Origin: Leucoraja ocellata
Lineage: Eukaryota
Assembly (NCBI GenBank): GCA_036785375.1
Contig: JAWMAR010000023.1
Coordinates: 3,286,001-3,350,000 of the forward strand
Reading direction: 5' to 3'
Length of the DNA stretch: 64,000 nt
Below the pieces are notes generated by a model. The model did no database searches. It saw only the letters and a list, made by a program, of their open reading frames with translations, and was not told the origin of the DNA. Both the position numbers and the translations under genes were made by a program. Below are positions 1 through 11,980 of the stretch, one piece after another. Position 1 is the first letter of the stretch. Each line of letters begins with the position of its first letter.

Positions 1-339
1 GTGGAATGTGTCGGAGGGATGCAGAATGTGGGGAGGAGGGCACAGAAGGAATGTATTGAAATAGCAAGATGAAAACCATAGATATTTAAACCTATCGTAT
101 TTAACCAATGTAACTCTATAATGTAAATCTTCTTTGTAAAGGTGTATGCAAAATTATATGACAAATCACTCAGCTTCTGCAAAGCGAGATCAATAGTGAA
201 ATTTTGATTTGTTATATTTCTGTTATTTTATGTTTTTGCATTATTTTCTATTTCAAGACAAATTAAGCGAGGAATTGCCTTTGCTTCACTTACTTGTAAT
301 GTCCCATTATAGTGTACACTCCAATTTTTGATAATACTC

Positions 340-712
340 CCATCTTCCTCCACCCCTACTCTTCTTCGCCCTCCCCCCCTCCCCTCATGTCCCACCACCC
401 ATAGCCCAACTGAGCTTGCACCTATTTCTCCTCTCCCATTCCTTCTTCTAGCTTCACAATTTGTAACTATCCAATCCTTTTATTTCACACTTCTGTCTTT
501 TCCTCTCTGGCCTTTGTCCAACCATCTGCCTATTAACTCCCCTCTCCCCCTCCCACCTGTAGTAGCATATTACCTGCCAGACCCTGTCCCTTTCTGTCCC
601 CACCCCTCTACAATTAGTTTGAAGAAGGATCCCGACCCGAAACGCCATCCATCCATGTTCTGCAGAGATGCTGTCTGACCCGCTGAGTTATTCCACCACT
701 TTGTGTATTTTA
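340..712 (+). mobile_element. Penelope-like element 3'/pseudo-LTR fragment (duplicate at ~3552-3924)
   Basis: Pyrimidine-rich tract followed by TTGAAGAAGGATCCCGACCCGAAACGCC...GATGCTGTCTGACCCGCTGAGTTA, the same terminal motif that follows the endonuclease C-terminus at 2610-2962. Confidence 0.6.
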
Positions 713-1634
713 ACTCAGGTACTGTAAAAATGACTGTTCTTCCTTCAATATTACCACCATTTCAAAAGGAAATGCTTTTGAAAGATAGTCTTCATGTAAC
801 AAACTAACTTGGGAAACTGGAAATTGCTCCTTCAAATATGTCTTACTTTTAAAAAAATGCAAACAAAATATCCTGGACAGAATAGTTTAGGGTTGGGTCC
901 TCTGTAATATCTGCTGTAATCGTTGGTAGACATGTTTTGACTACCAGGCTATTTGCTTCACTAACATCATGTAAAAGCCATCAGATAAGTCTTCCTCCAC
1001 CCACGCCAGCTACTTTTACAGAATAAATAAAAAATAATTTTGTTTCGTTTGTGAAATGAACTTGCACAAGACAGAAAATGCAAATTGGCGAGTTAATGAG
1101 TGGGTGGATGTCGCGAAAGTTCAGCCCTGCAAAAGTACAAACGTCTGCTTTTTCATTTAGTTCAACAGTTGAGGGGCGTGTTACTGTTTAAGGGTGGCCT
1201 TGAGGCTATGGGAAATATTTAGTTTGTCGTCCACGCCGACTCGGCAGCTGGAATGAATGTTTAGTTGTGTAATTTGTCCTCCCGCACCACCCCCATCCCT
1301 AGGCAAGGCCTCCCAAAAAAACTTGCCAAAATATATTTTTTGAAACATCAATAAGTTATAAAGGGATATATAAATTACTTAAAATTGATATTTATTTATT
1401 CTTTACAGACTATGATTAGGAATCAAGCAATTGGGCAACATTTTCTGAATTTCATCTCTTGAGTTCTATCACATACTTTCAATTGAGGATGCCTCCTTAC
1501 AAGGGATATTATGTTTTCTGTCACCGCCTACCTGATTTTTATGTAGTCAAATAAAATAGATGTAGGTAAGTTAAACTAAAATTCAATCGCAATGAAGGGT
1601 TTATACAGACTGCGCCAGTTTGCTTTAAGGGATG

Positions 1635-1979
1635 GCAATGACTATCGACCAGTGACACTAATGTTGGTGGTGATGAAATGCTTTGAGAGGTTGATCAACT
1701 CCTACCACGACAAAAACCTGGACCCACTGCAGTTCGCCTACTGCCACAACAGATCAACAGTGGATGTGATCTCGCTGGCTCTCCACTCCACTCTGGACCA
1801 CAAAAACTCATATGTCAGGCTGTTATTCATTGATTACAGCTCGGCATTTAATACAATCATCCCCTCCAAGCTGGTTACCAAACTTGCAGAACTGGGTCTC
1901 TGCGCATCCCTCTGCAATTGGATCCTCGCCTTCCTCATTCACAGACCACAGACTGTTCGTATTGGTGGAAATGTGTCAG
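1635..1979 (+). mobile_element. Rex1/Babar LINE RT fragment (duplicate copy, cut by the gap)
   Basis: [46 protein letters not shown]. Confidence 0.85.
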
Positions 1980-2179
1980 NNNNNNNNNNNNNNNNNNNNN
2001 NNNNNNNNNNNNNNNNNNNNNNNNNNNNNNNNNNNNNNNNNNNNNNNNNNNNNNNNNNNNNNNNNNNNNNNNNNNNNNNNNNNNNNNNNNNNNNNNNNNN
2101 NNNNNNNNNNNNNNNNNNNNNNNNNNNNNNNNNNNNNNNNNNNNNNNNNNNNNNNNNNNNNNNNNNNNNNNNNNNNNNN
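1980..2179. other. Assembly gap (200 N)
   Basis: Run of N. Confidence 1.
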
Positions 2180-2609
2180 TCAGAAGGAGATAACTGAGAC
2201 TATCTGAAGAATGGAGCAGCTCAAGGAGATGAACAGCCTCAATCTGTTTCCAGATTTCAAGCAATACCAGCCATGGTTACAAGTCAGATTACTCCAGCAG
2301 AAACTGACTTGCACACATAAACATCTGGTTTGAGAGCAACCAACTGATAAACTGGAATCACTGGTTTCCCTAGTTCAACTTACTAGCATTTGAGTAAAGT
2401 ATATACATGCTGTGATTATGTTGCTTCTCAAGATGTCAGAGCTGTGCCAGGGGTATTCACACGTGCAAAGTGCTGTATAACTCAGTTATACATTCCCGCT
2501 GCTTTGGAATTGAATATCTTTAACCATGTATCGCATGGCCTTTTAGTGCAGACAATTCGAACAAAGGGTGATGGAACATTAACAGGCACAGCAGTGAATA
2601 AAAATGATG

Positions 2610-2962
2610 GTACACAAAAATGCTGGAGAAACTCAGCGGGTGCAGCAGCATCTATGGAGCGAAGGAAATAGGCAACGTTTCGGGCCGAAACCCTTCTTCA
2701 GACTGATGGGGGGTGGGGGGAGGCAGGGAGAAGAAAGGGAAAAGGAGGGGGAGGAGCCCGAGGGCTGAGGGAGAGGTAGGAAGGGGAGGAGACAGCAAGG
2801 GCTAACAGAATTGTGAGAATTCAATGTTCATGCCACCAGGATGCAGACTCCCCAAGCGGAATATGAGGTGCAGTTCCTCCAATAGCACCTCATATTCCGC
2901 TTGGTGAGTCTGCATCCTGGTTTCTCCAGCATTTTTGTGTACCTGCAGTTCCTTCTTAAACA
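2610..2962 (-). mobile_element. Penelope-like element 3' end with fold-back structure
   Basis: Minus strand 2802-2882 reads LEELHLIFRLGSLHPGGMNIEFSQFC*, resembling the PLE GIY-YIG endonuclease C-terminus; then a pseudo-LTR with CTGAAGA..GAAACGTT; inverted copies of both segments at 2885-2942. Confidence 0.75.
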
Positions 2963-5795
2963 GGATTCTCAAGGGAATTGAGGATCATTGATAATACAGA
3001 ATTTCACAGGGTTGGGATGGGGGAATGGAAGGGGATGCTTTAGGGAAATCACCCAATTTCCTCTGAAGCCAGTATTTTGAGGTGTTTAATAGAAAAAGTA
3101 ATCTGAAAAAGGAGACTAGTAATACTGACCTAAACCTACAGAGGAGTTTAAAGGAATAGAAGGGAAGCCAAGCAAATCTGGAGAAATCAATTAGTCATGT
3201 GGCAAAGTGAGAGTGGAATGTGTCGGAGGGATGCAGAATGTGGGGAGGAGGGCACAGAAGGAATGTATTGAAATAGCAAGATGAAAACCATAGATATTTA
3301 AACCTATCGTATTTAACCAATGTAACTCTATAATGTAAATCTTCTTTGTAAAGGTGTATGCAAAATTATATGACAAATCACTCAGCTTCTGCAAAGCGAG
3401 ATCAATAGTGAAATTTTGATTTGTTATATTTCTGTTATTTTATGTTTTTGCATTATTTTCTATTTCAAGACAAATTAAGCGAGGAATTGCCTTTGCTTCA
3501 CTTACTTGTAATGTCCCATTATAGTGTACACTCCAATTTTTGATAATACTCCCATCTTCCTCCACCCCTACTCTTCTTCGCCCTCCCCCCCTCCCCTCAT
3601 GTCCCACCACCCATAGCCCAACTGAGCTTGCACCTATTTCTCCTCTCCCATTCCTTCTTCTAGCTTCACAATTTGTAACTATCCAATCCTTTTATTTCAC
3701 ACTTCTGTCTTTTCCTCTCTGGCCTTTGTCCAACCATCTGCCTATTAACTCCCCTCTCCCCCTCCCACCTGTAGTAGCATATTACCTGCCAGACCCTGTC
3801 CCTTTCTGTCCCCACCCCTCTACAATTAGTTTGAAGAAGGATCCCGACCCGAAACGCCATCCATCCATGTTCTGCAGAGATGCTGTCTGACCCGCTGAGT
3901 TATTCCACCACTTTGTGTATTTTAACTCAGGTACTGTAAAAATGACTGTTCTTCCTTCAATATTACCACCATTTCAAAAGGAAATGCTTTTGAAAGATAG
4001 TCTTCATGTAACAAACTAACTTGGGAAACTGGAAATTGCTCCTTCAAATATGTCTTACTTTTAAAAAAATGCAAACAAAATATCCTGGACAGAATAGTTT
4101 AGGGTTGGGTCCTCTGTAATATCTGCTGTAATCGTTGGTAGACATGTTTTGACTACCAGGCTATTTGCTTCACTAACATCATGTAAAAGCCATCAGATAA
4201 GTCTTCCTCCACCCACGCCAGCTACTTTTACAGAATAAATAAAAAATAATTTTGTTTCGTTTGTGAAATGAACTTGCACAAGACAGAAAATGCAAATTGG
4301 CGAGTTAATGAGTGGGTGGATGTCGCGAAAGTTCAGCCCTGCAAAAGTACAAACGTCTGCTTTTTCATTTAGTTCAACAGTTGAGGGGCGTGTTACTGTT
4401 TAAGGGTGGCCTTGAGGCTATGGGAAATATTTAGTTTGTCGTCCACGCCGACTCGGCAGCTGGAATGAATGTTTAGTTGTGTAATTTGTCCTCCCGCACC
4501 ACCCCCATCCCTAGGCAAGGCCTCCCAAAAAAACTTGCCAAAATATATTTTTTGAAACATCAATAAGTTATAAAGGGATATATAAATTACTTAAAATTGA
4601 TATTTATTTATTCTTTACAGACTATGATTAGGAATCAAGCAATTGGGCAACATTTTCTGAATTTCATCTCTTGAGTTCTATCACATACTTTCAATTGAGG
4701 ATGCCTCCTTACAAGGGATATTATGTTTTCTGTCACCGCCTACCTGATTTTTATGTAGTCAAATAAAATAGATGTAGGTAAGTTAAACTAAAATTCAATC
4801 GCAATGAAGGGTTTATACAGACTGCGCCAGTTTGCTTTAAGGGATGGCAATGACTATCGACCAGTGACACTAATGTTGGTGGTGATGAAATGCTTTGAGA
4901 GGTTGATCAACTCCTACCACGACAAAAACCTGGACCCACTGCAGTTCGCCTACTGCCACAACAGATCAACAGTGGATGTGATCTCGCTGGCTCTCCACTC
5001 CACTCTGGACCACAAAAACTCATATGTCAGGCTGTTATTCATTGATTACAGCTCGGCATTTAATACAATCATCCCCTCCAAGCTGGTTACCAAACTTGCA
5101 GAACTGGGTCTCTGCGCATCCCTCTGCAATTGGATCCTCGCCTTCCTCATTCACAGACCACAGACTGTTCGTATTGGTGGAAATGTGTCAGCCTCGATAA
5201 CAATCAGCACGGGAGCACCTCAAGGCTGCGTGCTCAGTCCCCTGCTGTACTCACTCTATATTCATGACTGCGTAGCCGGTCATAGTGCGAACTCCATCAT
5301 CAAGTTTGCTGACGACACCATTGTTGTGGGACGTATCACTGATGGAGATGAGTCAGCGTATAGAAGAGAGATCGACCGTTTGACCAAATGGGCCAGCACA
5401 ATAACCTGGCCCTCAACACCAGCAAAACCAAGGAACTGATTGTGGACTTTGGAAGGGGTAGGATGGGGACCCACAATCCCATTAATATCAACGGAACTGT
5501 AGGTCCCCATATCAAAAGGTTGAAAGGGTCAAGACCTTCAAATTCCTGGGCGTGCATATCTCTGAAGATCTTTCCTGGTCCGAGATCACTGATGCAATTA
5601 TAAAGAAAGCACATCAGTGCCTCTAATTCCTGAGAAGATTAGGAAGAGTCGGTATGTCAAGGAGGACTCTCTATAACTTCTACAGGTGCACAGTAGAGAG
5701 GTTGCATCGTGGCTTGGTTCGGCAACTTGAGCACCCAGGAGCAGAAAAGACTACAAAAGTAGTAAACACTGCCCAGTCCATCATTGGCTCTGACC

Positions 5796-5977
5796 AATTA
5801 TATTTAAGAGGGAGTTAGATGTGGCCCTTGTGGCCAAGGGGATCAGAGGGTATGGAGAAAAGGCAGGTACGGGATACTGAGTTGGATGATCAGCCATGAT
5901 CATATTAAATGGCGGTGCAGGCTCGAAGGGCCGAATGGCCTACTCCTGCACCTAATTTCTATGTTTCTATGTTTCTA
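5796..5977 (+). mobile_element. CR1-type LINE 3' end inserted into Rex1
   Basis: FKRELDVALVAKGIRGYGEKAG-type coding end, 3'UTR GGCTCGAAGGGCCGAATGGCCTACTCCTGC, (TTTCTATG)n tail; TGACC repeated at 5791-5795 and 5978-5982; near-identical to 63395-63575 (-). Confidence 0.85.
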
Positions 5978-6244
5978 TGACCTCCCTTCCATCGAGGGGA
6001 TTTATCGCAGTTGCTGCCTCAAAAAGACTGGCAGCATCATCAAGGACCCACACCAACCTGGCCACACACTCATCTCCCCACTACCTTCACGTAGAAGGTA
6101 CAGGAGCCTAAAGACAGTAGGTTCAGGAATAGCTACTTCGCCACAGCCACCAGGCTATTAAACTCGGATCGGACAAAACTCTAAACATTAATAACCCATT
6201 ATCTGTTTATTTGCACTTTATCAGTTTATTTATTCATGTGTGTA

Positions 6245-7167
6245 TCTATATTACTAAAAGTCTGTTCTTGACCGGTTTTGGCGATCTGTGCTGCGATTTC
6301 CGAGAGAACGCCACCACCTATGGCAGTCATTTTTAGCCACCTCGCTCAGAGCCCCCCTCTGCCGCATGTGTGCCGAGGATTTTTCTAGTCGATGAAAACT
6401 GACAGAGATATTAATGATTTTACAAAATTCCCCATTCTCTCTGCTGCCCCTGCTGGCGGCAGGGGGGAGGGACTATAAAACTAGTAAGTGGTGTGCCTCA
6501 TTCAGTCTCTTCAAGATGGAGGAAGGCAGAGGGTCATGTTTCTCTGAGCTGTGAATAACACTGAACGCATGTGCACACTACTGTGAGTAAGTACCCTTAA
6601 TGTGGTTTGAAAATGAAAATATGGTTAAAGTAAAAAAGCACTGCCTGCAAATGGTTGTTTGGGGGGTTTGGGTTGAAGTAAAAAGGCACTCTCTCTCTCT
6701 CTCTCCCCTCCTCTCTCTCCCCACCTTTCTCTCTCCCTATCCCTCTCTCTTTCTCCCTCGCTCCCCCCCTGTCTCTCTCCCTTTCTCTCTCTCCCCTCCT
6801 CACTCTCCCCACATCTCTCACCATCCCCCTACATCTCTCACCATCCCCCTCTCTCCTCTCCCCCCTCTCCTCTCCCCCCTCTCCTCTCCCCCCCTCTCCT
6901 CTCCCCCTCCTCTCTCCCTCCTTTCCCCCTCTCCTCTCCCCCCCTCTCCTCTCCCCCCCTCTCCTCTCCCCCCCCCTCTCCTCTCCCCCCCTCTCCTCTC
7001 CCCCCCCCTCTCCTCTCCCCCTCCCTCTCCCCCCCCTCTCCTCTCCCCCCCCTCTCCTCTCCCCCCCCCTCCTCCCCCCCCTCTCCCCCCCTCCTCCCCC
7101 CCCTCTCCCCCCCCCCTCTCCTCTCCCCCCTCCCTCTCCTCTTGTTCTTTGTATGCACTTGTTCTAG
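6245..7167 (+). mobile_element. Probable non-autonomous Helitron with internal (CT)/(CCCCT) low-complexity tract
   Basis: Begins TCTATATTACTAAAAG, ends GTTCTAG, inserted between A and T, no TSD; flanks rejoin as TGTGTGTA|TATATTTATATAATGG in the Rex1 3'UTR. Confidence 0.65.
6689..7142. repeat. C/T-rich low-complexity microsatellite
   Basis: (CTCTCCTCTCCCCC)n-like array. Confidence 0.95.
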
Positions 7168-8220
7168 TATATTTATATAATGGTATATGGACACACTGAT
7201 TTGTTCTTTATTCATGCCTACTATGTTCTGTTGTGCTGAAGCAAAGCAAGAATTTCGTTGTCCTATCAGGGACACAAGACAATAAACTCTCTTGACTCTT
7301 GACTTGACACTTGACCAAAGTGAGATAGGAAGGCAAGGTTCAATGTGAAGTCTTTATTGAGTCACAATCTCAGTTGGACAGATGAAATTACAAGAACTTC
7401 AATGCATGCATAACATTTAAAAATATTGTTCTTTAAAAAGAAAATGTAACTGGCCTTTTCAAGAGTTGGGGTGATTAGGGGAAATGCCTAACAGGTAAAT
7501 CTAATTAAGGTTTTTACAAGGCTTCTGAAAACTGAGTACGACCTAGCATGGGTTAACAGGTTAATTGGCTGTTGTAAATTGCCTCTGGTGTGTAGGTGAG
7601 TGGTAGAATGTGGGCCAAAGAGAATGTGGGAAGAATAAATACGATTCATGGATACAGACTGAAGGGCCTGTTTCTGTGGCAGAATGATTTTATTAGGGAG
7701 CTGCAAGAAGAGGATTCCGTACAGTAACAGGGATAAATCTGCCATGGGGGAGAGGAAATATGGATGGTTCCAAGATTAGGATATGAATTGGAACATATAG
7801 TTAGAAAATATTGTTGTGATAGGAGATGGAAAAGGCCAATAATTTATTTAAGAGTCATTTTAAATTTGGTGTGAAGAGCCAATGGATAGATAAACTGCAC
7901 TGAAGCAGATTTCTGTATCACCATCAACTTTGTGTAGTTCTGAGAGACCAACCACTTGTGTGTAAAGAATGTCAGATCTCAAGGGTACAAATGCATTTAC
8001 CTTCAGCAACTGCAGATGTACAAGAGGATAAATATAACCTTCAGAATTTCCCCAACTTATCGCTATTCACTGACCTTGTGTAAGTATATTTACATGCAAG
8101 TTGGGATTATTCCACAGCTTAGTAGCTAGTGACAATGTGCCAGCCTGGAGTACCATTATTAAATTATAGTTGTTCCAAGAATGCCCAACAAAAATTATAA
8201 ACAGACACCCATTGGAATGA

Positions 8221-8434
8221 AGATAGACACAAAAAGCTGGATAACAGCAAGACAGGCTGCATCTCTGGAGAGAAGGAATGGGTGACATTTCGGATCAAGA
8301 CCCATCTTCAGAGGGTCTCTTCAGACCCAAAATGTCACCCATTCCTTCTCTCCAGAGATGTTACCTGTCCCGCTGAATTACTCCAGCTTTTTGTGTCTAT
8401 CTTTGGTTTAAACCAGCATCTGCAGTTCCTTCCT
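8221..8434. mobile_element. Fold-back Penelope-derived short element
   Basis: Long inverted arms (AGATAGACACAAAAAGCTGGA / TCCAGCTTTTTGTGTCTATCT); flanking direct repeats ACACCC(A/T)TTGGAATGA. Confidence 0.7.
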
Positions 8435-11387
8435 ACACCCTTTGGAATGACCTGTACTAATTTTGAAAGGAATTCTGATTTATGTGGCTGTGTCATAACT
8501 TTTAAGTGCCATAAACGTTTCTGAGGGCATCAGGTCAGCTTGGAAATTGACATATTTTCATTATAGTTCAGAATTTTTTTTATTTTTAGACATTTGGAGC
8601 TGAGGAAAACCCTAACATTATGTGTTTTAATTGCAGGATGTCAAGGTAAAGATACTGAGCGAGGAACTATCATTGGCAGGACACTATTCTTTGTCAAAAC
8701 AATGCCTTCTACCTGATAAAGCACATGAGGCATTGGATAAAGTACATGAGGCGTTGGTTTAACAACCCTCTCCCTCAGTATTACATTGAAATAGCATTCT
8801 AGATTTTGCTGCTCAGTTCTCTGGAACAGGACAGAAAACCATTAGTCAGTTGAGATGCTCCTAACTGAAACATGGATGACAATGTTAAATAATAGTCTCC
8901 TGAAATTCATCATATAGATCTAAAATTCATCATATAGATTTTATTATTGCCTGTGAAGATGAGGATGTACTTCAAAATTATAATTGATTGTAGTTGCATG
9001 ACAGTAGGACTAGAGCAAGAAATTGGGATGTTGAGCCAATTGGCATCGTAAGCTTTAGTTTGTTTTGAACTCTGCCTGATAAATTGAATCTGGTAGAACT
9101 GAGCCAAAAACACAAAATATATGCAATAAATACTTTGTGACTTTATCACAGGTAAATGCACTATTGTTCATTATCAAGCAGTATTGGAACGCAGGTTTAG
9201 AAGGGTGATTCATCACATGATGGAGTTTCTCCTCCTATAACAACTTGGTTCAACTGATAACCATCAAATCTCTGAGTCAGAAGGGTGTGCATTATGTCCC
9301 AACCCTGGTTTTATAATCTAGCCTGATTCTCCCACATTTGTACAGTGTCAGAGGTAACTTCCTTTGAATGAGACTAAAAACACCTGTGACATCCCCCACC
9401 CCGGAGATATTTTATCCACGTTTACAGTCACACAAAAGTAACTATATTTTAAGAGCCCAGAATTTTCCAAATACATCAGCCAGCCTGCCACAACCAAATT
9501 CCATTCATAAAATGTACCACATTTCACTAAGTGTAATTCATTCAATGTCTGGCACTTTACAGCATTTCTAAGAAGAGGTAACAAATAAATCTACCATGGG
9601 GCAGAGGTTAGGGTGGTTGGTGGGAACAGAAGGAAAATTGAGACCTTAATTAAAATTTCCATTGCTGTATTTCTAAACTAAACTAAATAAAGCGTGCTAA
9701 TAATTTACTCTCAATGCTTTATGATCACTAAGTAATGGTGAAAGCAATGGACCAGGAAACAATCCTTTCTTTACTAAATCATTTATTCAAATTCACCTAT
9801 AACCGAAAGAGGTTCTAAGAGGATGGTTGCCGAAACAGAATAAGTGTATGATGTGTATCATTGTTAAGAACAAACAAATGTCTGTATAATCTTATATTTA
9901 TATATTGAAATAATTTTACGTGTACTCATCTGTCAAATGATTCATGTCACATGTTTACATTTATAACCAGCCTGCCAATGCAAACCCATCATACACAATG
10001 CACACTGAACTCACAACTTCATATTCCAGCCAAATGACTATGTATTATATGGTGCTTCCTCTATTTCCTGAACTCCCATACATTTTCCTATTCAACTATA
10101 GGGAATAATGTTTAAATAGGGACAGAATGAATAGTATTACAATAGCTATTCCATGAGATCTGGTCCACTTTGCCCCAAAATAACCGTCTCTAATCTTGTT
10201 TGTCTGCAGCCACACTTGCTCATGAATCTGTTTAGGTCTTGGGCACTGGTCTGAGGAACTATGGTTTTGACATACTGGAGCCGAGTTGATTGACTTCCAA
10301 TTGTAGAGCCACATACCTTTTTACAAGATATGGCTCCATCCATTAGAGTGATTTCCCCTTGATGCCCATTGGTTTCACTCTTCCCAGGGTTCCTTGATGT
10401 CATACCAGGTTAAGTGCTGCCTTAATTTCAAAGGCATTCACTTCAAAAATTCATTTTTTTTTGTTCAGATTTGGACCTAAGCTGAGGTGAGGTTTGGAGC
10501 CATCTGATCTGGCAAAACCCAAACAAGACATTGGTGAGCAGGATATCAGTGAGAATTTTCATTTGACAGGACTGTTGATGGAATATACAAATAATTTTAC
10601 TGATGATTGAAAGTAGAAGAATAGAACAGTAATTTTCAGGTATGCTTTTTATGAACAGGACACACCCGAGTAATTTTCCACAATGTCAAATTGATTACAA
10701 TGCAGTGTGCTGGGATTAATTTGACTAGAGGTGCTCAGATTTGTGCAACATTGACCCTCAAAACTATAACTAGGTGAACCGGTTATCTTTGAATAGATAA
10801 AAAATTACAGTACATAAACAAGCTATCAAACCTCAAGTACCATGTAGGTATTTATGCTCCTTCTATGGACAATCATTTCACTGATAGCTTTCTATCAGTG
10901 AACTATTTTCCTTGTAGTTATTTAGTTTCTTCTTAAGGGAATATCAAAAGAATAAAATGAAAGAATAAATTGACTGAAGTGTCAATGGACGAGCCATTTT
11001 GGGACCAGAACCCACAGTTCTATCAGCTTTAGATAGTTATGGATCAGGACAGGGCGGGCCCACATGTTAAAATTCTAATTTGGGGCAAGGCCAACTTTGT
11101 TGGTATTAGTCCGAAACTTTCTAAAGTTGATTGGGGTAGGTTAGTTGTGGGAAAAGCGTGTCTGGGCAGTGGGATTTCTTGTCACTGTCTATCTTTGTCA
11201 CTGTTTTCATTATATTCCTTTTTTTTTATAGTGTTTGTCTTAAAATATTTCTCAGATCACTCTTGGACATTATTAACTCATCTCTTCACTTATGGCCTTG
11301 CCACTTCATAGGGGATAAATGCTGGATATATTCAAGAGATCCTGCACTTTTCATGGATTGTGCAAGGAAGCCCACATTTCAGGTTTA

Positions 11388-11980
11388 ATAATAATAATAA
11401 TAATACATTTTGGCGCCTTTCAAGAGTCTCAAGGACACCTTACAAAAATTTAGCAGGTAGAGGAAAAACATGTAAGGGGAATGAAATAAATAGTAGAGAC
11501 ATGACTAGTACACAAAGTAAATACAGAATTCAATACAAAACACAGTATGAGGCAATTAATGCACAGATGAAAAGGGACGGCACGTGGGGCAGAGGTGAAG
11601 AGATGGGTCTTGAGGCGGGACTGGAAGATGGTGAGGGACACGGAATTGCGGATCAGTTGGGGGAGGGAGTTCCAGAGCCTGGGAGCTGCCCTGGAGAAGG
11701 CTCTGTCCCCAAAACTGCAGAGGTTGGACTTGTGGATGGAGAGGAGACCAGCTGATGTGGATCTGAGGGACCGTGAGGGTTGGTAGGGGGAGAGGAGGTC
11801 AGTGAGATATGGGGGGGGCCAGATGGTGGAGGGCTTTGTAGGTGAGGATCAGGATTTTGTAGGTGATCCGGTGGGAGATGGGAAGCCAGTGAAGTTGTTT
11901 GAGGACTGGAGTGATGTGATGCCAGGATTTGGTGTGGGTGATGAGTCGGGCGGCTGCGTTCTGGACCAGTTGGAGTCGGT
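11388..11980 (-). mobile_element. L2-clade LINE 3' fragment with (TTA)n tail
   Basis: LQLVQNAAARLITHTKSWHHITPVLKQLHWLPISHRITYKILILTYKALH and FQSRLKTHLF; (AAT)n at 11388-11405. Confidence 0.9.

Larger units (their letters stand above)
1..1979. repeat. Direct duplicate of 3213-5191 (offset 3212), ending at an assembly gap
   Basis: Identical wherever compared; ORFs recur at a fixed offset (328/3540, 454/3666, 1592/4804). Confidence 0.95.
4847..7310 (+). mobile_element. 5'-truncated, frameshifted Rex1/Babar LINE (RT, 3'UTR, (CTTGA)n tail) interrupted by two insertions
   Basis: RT motifs [33 protein letters not shown], then [16 protein letters not shown]; ends ACAATAAAC..CTTGACTCTTGACTTGAC. Confidence 0.85.

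Noticed and set aside
1592-2264. ORFs spanning the N run
   Set aside because: Artefacts of the gap; the real part is a LINE RT fragment
6597-7275. Pro/Ser-rich and Gly/Glu/Arg-rich ORFs (199 aa, 145 aa)
   Set aside because: Translations of a C/T microsatellite inside a transposon
8715-8940. Short tandem duplications (21-bp and 20-bp units) resembling CRISPR-type repeats
   Set aside because: Only two adjacent copies each, no spacers, eukaryotic context; ordinary slippage duplications
10877-10902. 11-bp hairpin TTCACTGATAG/CTATCAGTGAA
   Set aside because: Short and isolated, with no supporting context
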